From Ramazzottius varieornatus (Eukaryota; Animalia; Tardigrada), in NCBI GenBank assembly GCA_001949185.1, contig BDGG01000004.1, positions 2,133,620 to 2,197,619 of the forward strand: DNA of 64,000 nucleotides, given 5' to 3'. Position 1 is the first letter of the stretch; each line of letters begins with the position of its first letter. A model generated the notes under the pieces. That model was not told the DNA's origin and searched no databases. It saw only the letters and a program-made list of their open reading frames with translations. Of this stretch, positions 25,095 through 38,536 are shown piece after piece. The translations under genes and the position numbers were made by a program.

Positions 25095-26647
25095 ATGTAC
25101 TCTCACTTTGACGAGAAGTTTGCCGGAATGCCCTTTGACCATGTCGACTTGAAGAACCAGTTTCGTGATCCTACGCAGACGTATTTGGAAAGCCCGTGGA
25201 CCTTGTGGTTGGTGAACAAGCAGAATGCGCAAAGCAAAACTTGGCTCGAATGTAAGTGCGAATAGCCGGTGAGATCTCACTTCCGGTTACGAGTCTAACC
25301 GTCCGTTATCTGCCAGGTCTTCATCCGGTCGCTACTTTCTCCACCATACAGCAGTTCTGGGGCATGTACAACTCGCTGAAGCCACCTTCGGAACTTCCGG
25401 CCCATTGGGAATACGGTAAATGAGTTGTTTGACTCGCTCACTTGGACACCTCCAACGTAAACGATGTGAAAAGTGTTTGAGTGAGCTATCCTGTCTGCAG
25501 CTTTGTTTCGTGGGGGACTTGGTCGTCGGGTGATCGTTCCCGACTGGGACGACCATGAGAATTCTGGCGGCGGATGCATGCAACTAACAGGTTTCAGCCT
25601 GGAACCCAAGACCATCGACCACTTGTGGCGCGATATCTGTCTGAAGGCCATTGAAGAGGCCTGGATTCACACTTCCGACTACATCAATGGTACTATTGTC
25701 TCGACAAAGAGCGGTACTACACGCTTCTACGTCTGGATCGCGCCGTGCAAGGAGCACATTTGGGAGACGGTGCGCGAACGCATCGAAAGCGTTTTTTCCC
25801 AGGACTGCCGCACCCCGCTAAAGTGGACGCCACACATGGAACGAAAGACTACAGACCCTGCTGCTAAGGAAGCGCCGAAGGAAGTTGCAAAGGCCAAGGA
25901 GGAGAAGGCTAAGCCGAAAGAAATTAAGCTTCCTCGACACTTCCGTAGTCGCTCGGTTGGATATCGCAAGGGCAGGACCCTGGAGGAACAAGCCACTGAC
26001 GAGTTCTTGCAGGTTAAGCGCAATGGTCCTCAACCACCACAGACCGAACAAAAGATGGAGGTGCCGCCTATGGAGGCTATGCAGACACAACTGCAGCCCA
26101 CTACGACGAAGAAGCCCTACATGTTGCCACCACTCAAGGAAGTTAGCGGACCTCCAGTCCGGGCCAGCCTCAGCTTCAACTCGCCGTTCGCTGCTCAACG
26201 TCGTGGACGCTCTTGCCATGGGACGAAAATGTTCAATGAGTTCCCCATGTATAACGGCGGACGAGACCACAGCCGCTGTCGAGGAGCAGGAGACATCAAC
26301 ACAGCCAGTGCGTCATCCAAGGACAACAGAATTATTATCAGCAAAAAATTGATCATGTTGTTGAGCTTTTGTGGGTTTTTTCTCCAGGTTGCCGCCTGTG
26401 CACGCAGCAAGTTCAGCATCAGCATGTCCGAACAGGCCGCAGCATCATTGCTAACTCGAAGCCCTCCAAGGAAATGGTGGACGTCAGCACGCAGTTCAGC
26501 CAGCTGGGAATGCCCATGGACTTCAACAGTAAAACTCGTCCTAACTCCAGCATGATGGCTGGTGGGGATGCCGGTGGAGGCGATTACGTCACCGACTTGG
26601 ACGACATGCATATCAGTCCCGAGCAGTACTTCAAGAACCAGCAGTAG
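25095..26647 (+). CDS. Divergent eIF4E-family cap-binding protein with long C-terminal extension
   Basis: Exons 25095-25251, 25317-25415, 25501-26307 and 26388-26647 give LESPWTLW...SKTWLE.LHPVATFSTIQQFWGMYNSLKPPSELP..EYALFR...PDWDDHENSGGG...DHLWRDICLKAI...INGTIVS...FYVW, the eIF4E tryptophan pattern. The ORF track shows only part of this. Confidence 0.85.
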
Positions 26648-27003
26648 TCAGTGGGTACCAAGCATCACTATCAAGTCGAAATCTTTCAACAAACTAGTAT
26701 TATTCTTCGTTGATAATTTTTTATTGTTTGCTGAATTTCTGCTGCGTTCCGTTTCATTTCTCTGGTTTTTGTCAAGTTTTTCTACGTTGCTCTTTTCGGC
26801 CCGGGGTATTTAAACAGTTTCTGTATAAAACTCAAACACTAACCACTACGAACTCTTTCCTGTACACATGAACAAGGCGTCATTTGCAAAGGGCTAAAAT
26901 CCACCATGAGCATTGAAGCTCTATTCGGGATGGCATAAAGTAGAAAGAATGGGAAAAAGAGTTTCGCTTACAAACAGGGCATCCGGAGTTATTCATGCTC
27001 CCT

Positions 27004-30000
27004 TTATCTTTTGGCCTGAGGTTGCCTGATGTCGTCTTCGGTCCTCCACTTTTCGATTTCGTCCTGTCGGTTTTCTGGTTGAAGCTGATTACGGATTCCG
27101 CCAAGGACGTTGGAAGTTGCTTGACTGGCGAGGATGATAGGTTTGACTATGGCGGGTCCGATTTGTCGAAGAGCGCCACCCACCGCGCCGGTCATACCTT
27201 TCTGGTCGCGTTCGTCATTCACTGCCTCAATCATTTCTCTTGCCGTGTCCGAGAATCCCTAAAAGCAAATTATTACTGTCGTTGACTGTTGAATCATCCA
27301 TGGATGCCGCCAGTCAAAAATTTCGTGCCATGATCCGTTAGTAGGGAGTACCCACTTGGGTATCGGACCCTCTGTTTCAGGGTCCAACCGGAAACCAAAC
27401 ACAGCATGGCTGTGCAACTATGGTGTGATATTAATAATTGTATTTTGAGTCAGCTTCACTGCTGACTCAAAACGCAAATTGACCACTGACCCAAGGAGCA
27501 TGACATATCGACCCGTGCAATGTTTTTCCGTTGATATATATCCTTTACCATGAACATCACGTCGTAATCAGATTTATCGAACCGTCACAAGCTGAAGGCA
27601 AGTGAAACTGAAAGGATAGGTGTCAGATAACCTTGAGTCGATCCAACATATTACGAAAAACAGAGAAAGTAGGCTTGCTGTGACTGAAGACACATCGTGT
27701 CAGCAACATCCATGATCGGAGATTACTTGAAATGCCAGCTTGTCTGCGTCAGCAACCATGGACTCGTGGACTGTGAACTCCACCCTGGCACATTAGTGGA
27801 ACAATTTCAGGAGCTTCCTACACTTTTCGTCACGTCCTCGCAAAGATCTCCTACGTGATTCCTGCCAAGATCATCACGGGTGCAGCGGATGGAGACGTGT
27901 TCAAGTCGACAGTCCGCTTGTACAGAAACGATCTAAAGAGCGTCGACCTCAACATCTTCAAGATAGATTACAACAACTGGGTCTGCCTGTCTGCCCAGAC
28001 GCAGTCCGCAGTGATCCCTGCGGACGTTGTGAGCACGCTACGCATCATGATAGAGAATGAGCTCGACCTGATATTTCCCAACATCTACCGACTCCTCCAG
28101 ATCTACACTGTGGTTCCCGCAACGTCCTGTACGGCGGAAAGAACCTACCTTCGAACAAGAATGAAGAACGATAGACTGACCTTCCTTACGCTGATTATGG
28201 TGCACAAGGACTTCATCGTCGACCATCAAGATGTCGTCTCCAGATTTCTCGGAAAAAGGATGAAGCGCAGAATCTCAGCTACTTTATAACCATGTATGAA
28301 CTGACGCGTTACATATGCATAAAAGATGGACTCACTCTTGATTCAGTTTCTGGATTAAAAGTTTAAACTTGCGCTATATTTTGTCAAGTCGTACGGTACA
28401 CCCTCGTCAACGGTATACCACCGAGGTCAGTGCCAAAGATTAAGGTCAGTAACATTGTGTACCCACCCCCCATCATGGCACGAACCTCGTATGGCAGGCG
28501 GCATCCATGGAATCATCAAGCATTTAAAACGCAAACAGGGCTTACCTCACACAGAACCTGGTAAGCAGTGACCACGCCCTCACGAATATCACCGGGCTGA
28601 GGATGAGGAGCCACGACATGAACCGCCATTTTGCGCCTTCTTCGGAAGCTCGGGCCAGGTGAAATTACGTCATAGGCAGACTCGGCAGCCACCTTTTGAA
28701 GCAAATCAACTAATCAGAAAAAAAACAGCCTAAGAGCAAAATCACCGTCATATAAGTACTGTAAATATTAGCTGCGTCCGCGCAGTACGTACACGTACGG
28801 GACGATGCACCCCCGTAGGGAGTCATGCAATCCGTGGAACCCGACCGGGGCTGTACTTCAATTGTACGATGACGTATTGCGCGGACGCAGCGAATATTTA
28901 CAGTACCTGAACGGTTTGCACGATGCGGTTGGTCAGCTCGATGGTAGCTATAAGCGTCGAGGTGGTGAAAGCTGTGGCTCCGCGCTGCACACCTCGAACG
29001 ATTCGACCATCTTTTCTGTACTGCTCGACAGGCAGCCAGAACAAGTCGCGGATACCTTGCACTACAACCGAAACGATATTAGTCGTACGACCAACCTTCA
29101 CTCGAGCTATATTATACCGTCAGACTTACCTAGCTGGACTAGACAGTGCACAGGACCAATTCCGCCAAGTAAGTTGGCCAGCTGCGTTTTCCGGATATCG
29201 TCCAGCCATTCACTCAACAGAAACAGAATCAGCCTATCGAAGCCTCTTATCCTAGACAAACATAAAGACTTTGACTAGGGCACGGTTCCACAAAAACTTC
29301 GCAGGGGAATCAAGACTCACCCTTGGCGACTGTAGACTCGTTTCAGCCGGAGCATCGAGCATTTCAGCTGTGCCAAGCCGACCAGTAGACCACCGAACGC
29401 ACCAACACGTTCCATATCGACGTACTTTCCATGGTAGTCCAGCCGGATAGGAACTTCCGGTGAGAACTCGACAGACTTGAAAAAAATGGGAGCGTTGTTG
29501 GAGTCCGAGAAGGTGACGGAAGCTCTGTCCATTTCGGTTCCGTCGAGGTCCTCGGGTACGGTTACAGGCGGTGGCATATCGTCGAAGCGGATCAGGGGAT
29601 CCTGGGTGCCAGCAGAAGAGGAAGGCTCTTCTTCGCTGAGGGACTCTAGCCGAGTTCGTCGACTCACGGGCGGTTGTTCGGCCGAATTATTTCTTGACCG
29701 ATTGGGAGAAGCTCCACCCGCTGCAGGTTGACCTAAAGAAGGACAGCGAGTTCAAACTTCTACTTCAACCAGAAAAGAAACCGACCAATACTGTCCAACA
29801 CTTGGGTTGAGGAACCAGACTTACCAACACCCGTGCTGCCTCGTCTGGCACCGGTAGAGGTGCCCGAGACTTCCGCAAAGAAGTCGTTTAGGAAGAACAG
29901 TGATTCTTGGTCAACATTCAGTCGTAGCGGCTGTACGGAAATCTTAAGAGTACATTCCTGCATGGGTAGCTCCGGATCTGGTCGTTCGTGGAAGGCTTTG

Positions 30001-33000
30001 ATGGCGAACTGTAGTAAAATCAACGTTCAAATAACTCGAACCGAAGACCAGATGGTACGAGCTTACCATGCTGGCGTGGGTTTGTTTCGGAAGAGAATTA
30101 GAAACATGCTGGTACAAAAACTTGTTGATCTGCGATGCAGCAAGGCGATCTCTGATGTCGAAGTCCTGGATGAAGAGAACTTGCCGAGCCGCGTAGATAC
30201 TTTTTCCGTCGAACGGATACTGCTCATGTTGGAACTTGACCTACAATAATAGCCTGATAAACAGCCAACGGCCTTGGTCCAAACCGAAAGTGAGGGTGAG
30301 GTTCACGAACCTTGTTCAAATGAATCTCCATCAAAACCGAGTGATCACGACCAGGACCGCCCCCTCGAAGCCACGAGGGACTTTTGGTCTGCTGGTCAAC
30401 ATCCGCCTGCGGACCGAAGCTCTTTGAATCGTTCAGCTTAGCTGTAAAAGACAAAGACTTCAACGTAAGGTACAAATGAATGCAGCCAGTTGTAGGAGGA
30501 AGAGCTCAAAACTACCTGGAGCGCTATTTAGGCGGTTCTGAGGTCCCAGTTTCTTAGGAGGTGCGGCCGTGGACTGATCGAAATCTCTGCCACCGTAGAG
30601 ACACCACACCAGAGACATTTCTCTCAAAGCCAGCCGAATGACGGGTATAGGATAACTCTTCGGCGATTTGAGCTGATCAGTGATGGCCAGAGGGAGCTCG
30701 AAATGGTTCTCTATGATGCGGATAGGCTCTTGCGTCAGGAACTTCACACTGGGCTCTCCATTCTTCAGCTACAAGAAAAAACCTGTACGAAGAGAGACGC
30801 TGAGTCGTAGCTGTTTCTTGGTTGAGACGTACCGCGATACCAACGCCCAGGTCTTCTTCGATAATGCAGAAGCCATCATCGTCGACGTGCCGATCGTTGA
30901 AGAGGGCCGAAGCCGAACTGATGGTTGCCGCCATGGAGTTTCGAGCTCTACTAGACGAGCCGTCCGAAGGGACATACATGCTTCGTGACATGGTGTCTTT
31001 CGGGCTCCTCAAGGAATTCACGTCCGACATGGCTTCGATCATTTCATCGAGGACTGTTTCTTCATTGACCGACGGCGCTAAAAACAGAAGACATAATTTT
31101 ATTTTCAACTTATCCCATTTTTCCAGCTTGTTTTCCATTAAGCGTTACTCACCCGGTATTCCGCCGTTGTTAGACGAGCCTTGGGACCTGCCATTGGACT
31201 TGCTCGGCGGGTTCGTATCACCGTAGTCCACCAAATATTGAATCAACCCGGAGAGTTCTCGGCAAGAGTCTGCGCACGTCCTCAAGTAACAGCAGTTATT
31301 CGAAGCCCGAAAGTCGAACCGCGGGAACTTGGGATTAGACCCATCAGTCAGTTTCATCTGAAACTCGACAAACGGAATGTCCATCACGCAGACGTAATCT
31401 TTCCGTAAGCTGCGGCTTTCCCTTCTGGCAGATTTCGCAGGTCCGTGAAGACTTTCGTTCGATGTGTGGTCTGCTTTCTTTTTGCTCAGATGCAGCCTCA
31501 GGTCTTGACTGATCACTCGCATGAGGGACTGCGGACTGTCTGCCACGATGGTACTGGAGATGTTCAACTGCTCGACGGTCACCAAAGTGCTCAGTGCCAG
31601 GTAGAGAGGATCGTATGACAGGACGGAGTTGACCACGTTCAGGTGAAACTCGGTGATGATTGTCGGACAGTTGTAACCGAGCACCGCAAAGTCCTTCAGG
31701 TTGACATAGTCGATCATCTGTGTCAGCCAGAAGTTATCCGGAGTCGACATTCGATGATTCAGCCTCACTCTACCGAGCTCCAACGCCACCTGCAGCAAAC
31801 ACAGTGACATTCTTATCGCTTAGGACCTACCGTAAAATCGATCAATATCGACGTTGATAATATTCCCAATTAACTACATAAGTGGGATGCAAACAAGCTT
31901 GACAAGACTGTTATCCCAAGTAACGCACGTTTGCAGTGTTTTTGCTTGAACGCCTGCGCCACTTGGAAAATCCATCTTGGCGAGTTTGTTGCGGAACTCT
32001 CGAATAAAATTCCAAACTATAATATTTCTAATCGAAATACGTAAGCAGATGATCGGAAGCGACGCTACCTTGATGTCCTTGACATTTCGGAAAGTGTCGA
32101 CATGGATAGCAATGGCTACATTAAGCATCGGAACGTCCTTGTTATCCAGGTTAGATGCAATCAGGTCTTCGGCTGCCGGCTCGATGACAACCGGTAGTTC
32201 GTAGATAGGTCGTCGAAAAGCTTGCTGAGGTGACATCTTCGCGGCCTCTATCAGTTCACCAAAGAACAGTTTAGCTCGATGGACAGAAATCGCAGAGTAC
32301 CGTATCTCAGGCTGACCACGATACCCAGTCACGCTGAATATCTTTGCGTTGGCCACCTCGACCCACGCCATGTGGGGAAGTGAAGTGGGCTCCTCGTTCA
32401 GGTTTTCCACTACTGCACCTATGCTGGCTTTGGCCACTGACAACGTGAAGCAAGCTGTGTTGGGGAGCCTGGCATGGCCTCTGACTGACTGTGACATGCC
32501 AAAGAGGCTGTTGAAATGTTGGTTAGTGAGCTGGGGCTCTTCTTCGCCGTCGCTGTTGTCCGATGCCGACTCGTACTTGTCATGCGGAGAAGAAAACTCG
32601 CCGCACATTCCAAAGGTAGTGCAAGTGCCGTAGTGAGGGAGGCCTCGGCTGTCTAGCAAGTTGGCAGCTGACAGTGGAATGGAGTCTGCAAGAGACTTGG
32701 GAAAGGAGGGCTCCCACAAAAGAAGATCCGTGTTGATCCTAAACAGCGATAATGGTCAAAACGATGCAGCAATATTAAATAATCGTACTGTGGTAGTCAC
32801 CTGTTATAGAGAATTTCGAGAAGGTTCTTGTCTGGTAAGAATATAGACACGTTAGGAATGGAAACCTCGATTCTCAGCTCGCTATGTCTCACGACATCCT
32901 CCCGGAAGGCAGCCGACTCGATGGCGGAACTTGGTGTTACACAGTTGATTTCTTCGCTGTCGATCACATTACGCTGAACTGAGAACAGTGAGAGTTCTTT

Positions 33001-36000
33001 CTCTGCTGAATCGATGACACCATCCAATGATCCTAATCGAGACCTCGAGAATGGATCGGCGGTTTGGGCGAAGTCCATTGTCGACACTGGGAAGACCGTC
33101 GTGACAATGGACATCCTCGGACATTCGGCGAACTCTTCCCTTCGACGCTCATCCATATTCGTATCGACGTCACGAACACTTTCCAGAAACATGATCGGCT
33201 TCTCGTTTGGGAGTAGCTGAAGTCCGGCGGTCAGTCCACGACACTCGAAATCGATGCGCTGCAGACACTGACGTAGATACTTATTGCGTGGCAAGACTGG
33301 CATTATTCGAGAGCTCGATAAGCAAACACACCAGATCGTTTCCCCCAAGCGGCGCATGCTTCCAGCCAATAACACCGAAAACGTGCGTCATTGGAGAAAA
33401 CGATCTGGTCGAGTTTGATCGCCGAGCTCCCATTCATCATTTTACACAATAATCTCTATTCGCGTATTTCCATTATGATATCGCTTAAGGTCTCAGCGTT
33501 TTGAACACAAGTGCCTTTACCTTTGATACCTGCTGATCAAGGACGCATTTGACTCGAAATCCTTCCAGGACTGCCACTAGGAACTCCTTCTGCAAAGATC
33601 TACCTCGCGGTCCAGCTCGGTCTATCGCAGGACGCAGGTCGAGCACGGGGAAGCGTACGTTGATGGTCAAGCTCTCGCACATCAAGATGACTTCCGTCGG
33701 CTGTTTCACCTCCGCCGTGCTTCTCATCCCATCTTCCCATCTCTTCACGTCAACTTTTCTCGATGGATTGATTGCCGTGAGTAATGTGTGCAGTCTGTCT
33801 ATGATGGTGATGTCTAGGTCCGTTCTAGCCGCCTGTAAATTTAGCCTCAGCGAGTTCGACGCGATCTGATTTGACTGATTTGAGCGGTTGGCTTCAGTTG
33901 ACTGATAGTCGATAATGACACTCGGTTGGAAAGAGAATCTTTCTTCCTGACTGCGATTTGGGAAAGTCAGGAGTTCCATACATATCGGGGCTGTCCTCAG
34001 ATGATAAACACTTTCGGAAGTCACAGAAGCGACAGAGTCCTGCAGTCCGAATAAGTGTTCCCACACCTCACAGGTTTCGAGAGAGATACGACCTGTGATT
34101 GTCGTGTCGTTGGACGAGACTTTCTCTTTACCTTCAGCCACCATACGTGAAGCGTGCAACCACAAATGACTGACAGGCGTACTTCGCGCGAACTTGTCGC
34201 GGAGACCTAGGACATTCTGTAAGTCCCATTCTTCCGCGTCCGACAGGCTCTGAAAGTGCTCAGCTGTCAAGCGCTGCATATCGGAGAATGAAGAGGAGTT
34301 CGAGGAACTCTCCAAATCTCCTTCGACCAGCGTTAAAAACAGCGATTTGACATGGAACTTTCCGACATTCGTTGTGGTCGTGTAATCTGCAGCAGACCTA
34401 CAATGGCAAAAACGTACCATAAATTAGGAGCTTTTTCCAGATGTTCTTCTCACTGATACAGACTCAAATTTACGCAATTCTGGTCTAGAATAATTTGGAG
34501 TATTGCATTAGTTACCCTGTTGGTGTAGGTTTCCCGGAAAGAACTCCGGTAGTGCTGTCTTGGAGACCTGCCCGGGACTCGAGAGCATGGAACTCGTCAT
34601 CCGAAGATTTGCTTGTGGTGAGGTCGTCCCACACGGCTCGTTGGATGTTGTTGCCGCCTCTGGTCGATGCGTGCTTCGATTCGAAGGTTCTTTGCAGTTC
34701 GTGTTCAATTTTGGCGTAGTCGGAATTTGTCATTGCCTTTTGAGACGGGGCATTTGACTTCTGGTCCGCTAGCCTCTTGTCAAAGAGTTCCCCGAAAAGC
34801 CCGCGTAGCAGTTCCAGCTGTTTCGGCCACAGAAAGGTGTGAAGAGACCCAACATGCCCATCCAGCTCGAACTACAAAACAACAAATTTCGAAGGGAACT
34901 TCTTACGGCTGCATCGAGTAACCATCTGTTACTGACTCAAAAGCGTACCTTTGGACCGGATATCTCGGCATTCTGTTTCACTTTCACGCGAATTTCCGTA
35001 ACGCCATGGCATACTGCAATCTGCACCAGATGGGTATTACTGGCAACCGATCGGTGTACGGATGTCTGACGGGAAAGCACAGGCGTATTGCTTTGGGAAC
35101 CGTCATTGCTCGGTGAAGCACCGTCACGGCCGGGCTGCTCTGCCTGCGCAGTCTGCGACGAAGACAGGTCGATCGTCGAGTAGAACAATTCCGAGTTCTG
35201 TCAGCCAACAGGAATTATGGTTCGGGCATTCAAGTGTGTAAAAAGTAGGTGGTTGACAGTCGACATTTAGTCTACCTGAAGAGACGAGTTGCTCAATTCT
35301 TCGGATGGCATTCTGGTAGACCGCAGCACAGGCTGCAGCGAATACTCATCAGAGTATATCGTAAGACCTTCGACGTGAAAGCATTTGTTCGCAATGGACA
35401 GAGGCTGATAGATCACTTCTCCACTATCCGATGCGGGGATGACTTCACTCTCATCGAAATATCGAAGCCTACAAAAAGTCAATTGGAATCAATTACTGAA
35501 TCATGGTTATGCAGAGGTGGTCGAGTCCATGCGATTAGGCACCTTGCGATTTCAACGAAAGGCTGAAACAAGTGACTATACTAATTAGCAAGAAAGTCGT
35601 TCCCAACGAGAAGTTTGCTCCCTCAGGACCTTAATATTCCATGAACAAAGATTCTTGGAGTCAGAAGTCAAGAGAATATTGGTTTTCGGATGATAATCGA
35701 TTTTTTACCCATAAGTTAGGTCGTTTGTTCGAAGCTTTCGTTGAAATCGCACGGTCCCTATTGCCGCAACCGGAAGTGTTCCGAAAGCCGTTTCTTACTT
35801 CTTTATCCTGGCTTCCAAGGCGATTGCTTTGGAGTTCGAGTCACCTTGCATCTGCTCCAGCCTTATGACGATATCGGTAAAGTCCACCTTAACCCTTGTG
35901 AGAACAATATCGATGGCTTGTGCGAACTTTTCAAGTCCTTCGAACTGACTAGCGGGTTGTAGTCGTTTGGTACGTTCTTCTTCTTTCAAGCATTCCTCTG

Positions 36001-36540
36001 CAAGCTGCATGCTGGACTTGGTCATGCTTCCCCACATGGAATCCAACATTGCGGCTAGAAAGTGGAGAAGTACAGATCAACTACGAGTACATGTAGATAC
36101 TTGCAGTCATATAGAACTAGGCTATATACATACATCCATCTTGGGCCGTTTTTGGCATGAGCGTAACTTCGAGTCCTTGGACTTCCACCAAGGTACTCTC
36201 TGACAGAAGGGCGGACCATGGTATCTCGACTGAGAATGTCCCGACAAAGCCATCGACGATTTCGAAGGGTAGGTTCGCAGCTTTGAATGTCTCGTTGATA
36301 ACCTGCCAATTAACACATACACCACTCGTACAAAGCGTATACCAAGAATCGCTGAAGTCATGATGAACTTACCTCGACATCCAATGCTACATCCTTTACC
36401 AAACCTTTGCCACTGTATAGGTCAAGGGATAGTTGCTCTAGCGTGAGCTTATGCTGAAGAAACTGTCCAAGATAGCGCTGGAGAAGATATCTGCAGGCGC
36501 GCTTCTTGATCGCCTCCGACCACGGAAAATACCAGGGCAT
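27004..36540 (-). CDS. ATG2: Autophagy-related protein 2 (lipid transfer protein)
   Basis: N-terminus MPWYFPWSEAIKKRACRYLLQRYLGQFL (chorein-N), YLRTCADSC, LKISVQPLRLNVDQ, VPIRLDYHGKYV, QPGDIREGV, C-terminus IVKPIILASQATSNVLGGIRNQLQP. Confidence 0.96.
27299..28509 (+). mobile_element. Non-autonomous hAT DNA transposon (1211 bp) in the last ATG2 intron
   Basis: TIR CATGGATGCCGCC (13 bp perfect, 16/18 extended); perfect 8-bp TSD GAATCATC (27291-27298 and 28510-28517); hAT C-terminal dimerisation remnant FPNIYRLL...PATSCTAER..YLRTRMKNDRL at 27855-28289. Confidence 0.95.
28759..28903. mobile_element. 145-bp MITE with TA target duplication in an ATG2 intron
   Basis: TIR ctgtaaatatt(a/c)gctgcgtccgcgca(g/a)tacgt, flanked by TA at 28757-58 and 28904-05. 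Confidence 0.92.
31828..32043. mobile_element. Old degenerate MITE / palindrome in an ATG2 intron
   Basis: Ends TACCGTA...TACGTA with an internal imperfect palindrome at 31889-31992 (ccaagtaacgca / tgcgccacttgg; gcaaacaagcttgacaaga / tcttggcgagtttgttgc). Confidence 0.55.
35538..35758. mobile_element. ~221-bp MITE with ~40-bp imperfect TIRs and TA flanks in an ATG2 intron
   Basis: ta|ggcaccttgcgatttcaacgaaaggctgaaacaa versus the reverse complement of the right end, ta|gggaccgtgcgatttcaacgaaagcttcgaacaa. Confidence 0.85.
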
Positions 36541-37232
36541 CTTCCCAGGTAATGATCAATACCTTGACGCTTAAAAGAAGAAGAAGCTCTACGAATCTGT
36601 TACTTCAGAGAATTCCTTCGGGAGAGAAACCATGACAGGAGGTTCAAGGAATCATGGGTGCGAAGAACAAAGAAACTGTGATCAATTCGTTAGATCACGC
36701 ATTAGAAAATCCACAACAATGATCAATGATCATATGATCGGTCTATGTTAAGTCGAAGGGGTAAAATATTCTTGTAGTCACCAAGATGTCCCGTATGCCA
36801 AACCACTGAGCGGACTATTACGCAATAGTTACGTTCGCCTCGGGTGAATGGCAGATTGCTCAGTGCAAAGTTGCGCCACGTGTATAACGGTGTCTGGCTT
36901 AGTTTACTTCCGTTTCCAACAATTTGCTTTCTCCGAGAAGTTTCTCGCATCATTCTCCTCGGATCTTCGAACACCGAACTCCGCCACATACAGTAGACTA
37001 CTTTGGATGTAGGAGCTGCGACAGCTTCAGCCTGTGCAGTAGAAGGTAAGTTCAGTTTTTATGGAACTTTGGATATCAGGTTTGATAGTGTATTCCGAAG
37101 TCCACATAACTCTCCGTTAATTTGGATACCCGGAAGTCAGAGTGTTAAGGTGATGAGTCAAAGCAACATAGTTTTGGTTGGTTTGCAGGTATTTGACGGA
37201 AGCCGAAGACTCTGTGGGTCCGCATCGTCCGC

Positions 37233-37931
37233 ATGGATCGCGTTGTTATGGATGATCTCTTCAAAATGCTCATTTTCCTGTTTTGTCTTCTTGCTACGTG
37301 CTCACTGACGGCAGCGCATACTAACCACCAAAATGCGGCGGTCGGAGGTTTGCCAGCGATTCCTCAACCACATCTTACACCGGGACAAAATCCTATGCAT
37401 GACAAGGCGTTCGTACAAGACAAAGCGTTAGTATATCATAGTCACAATTCAATGGGTTCCCCAGCCTCACAATCTAGTTCTTTCGCCAAGCTCCTCACCT
37501 AATTCTACAGCTCCTGTTTATAGACATATGCAGGAACATCTGGATGGTATGACGGACAAGCGACCGGAAGATATGAATGAACAAGAGCTTCAGTTTCATT
37601 ACTTCAAGCTCCACGATACTGACACTAATAACAAGTTGGATGGTTTAGAGCTGATTCATGCCATCACGCATTATCATGGCGGAGGTACCGTATGACCCAA
37701 ATCCATCACTTACTCGTCGAGAGTCAAGATACGCCATTCGCGTTTCATGAACTTAGCTAATTTCTCTGTTTCTGACTCGCAGAAGTGCCATCTATCGAGG
37801 GAACTCGAGTTCTGACAGACCACGAGCTGAGCATGACTGTGGACGCAATACTTTTGGACGATGACAAGAACAACGATGGTTTCATTGACTATACAGAGTT
37901 TGCCACGTCGCAGACAAGGAACCGTAACTGA
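37233..37931 (+). CDS. MCFD2: Multiple coagulation factor deficiency protein 2 homolog (secreted EF-hand cargo receptor subunit)
   Basis: Signal peptide, then HMQEHLDG...[33 protein letters not shown] and [15 protein letters not shown]; 3 exons. Confidence 0.93.
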
Positions 37932-38536
37932 TGAGCTGTTGAACCACGTGGAACCACAAGGAATAATCGGGAAGAATCTCCGTCTTTTAGTCTTTGTCGC
38001 GATGCGAACTTGACTCGAAACAGTTGGAATGTCTCAGAGTTGTATTTGATGTTTTTTACCCTCCGTGTTTCGCTTCGAAGGATTTTCGAATGTATTTATA
38101 TATAGTTTTGGACTTCGCACGATTGAAATTTACAAAATTACGCCACTGTAAAACAGACACTCGGTTCGCCCGCATACCAAAAAGGAACTAAAAATTCAGA
38201 TCGAGAAACGTATAGAAGATCGATACTAACAAAATTAATATATCGAAACGACAGACTTCAAACTGACGTGGCCGAATAGAGGGGAAAACAGTGTGTATCA
38301 AATAAAGAAAAAGGACGTATCAACTAGACCGAAACTTCTATTTTCGTAGCGAAGCCAGGATAAAGGACATTTTAGGCAGGACTAGATGAAAACAACCGAA
38401 GAACTGATCAGTAAGCGAAACGAAGAACGGTTGTCGGGTATGAAGGACCGTCGTGAACCACGCGGTAGGAATGTCCTGTGCGGAATGTGGTATAGGACAA
38501 GTAAAGGACGGCACTTGGTTCGTTCCGCGACACCAG

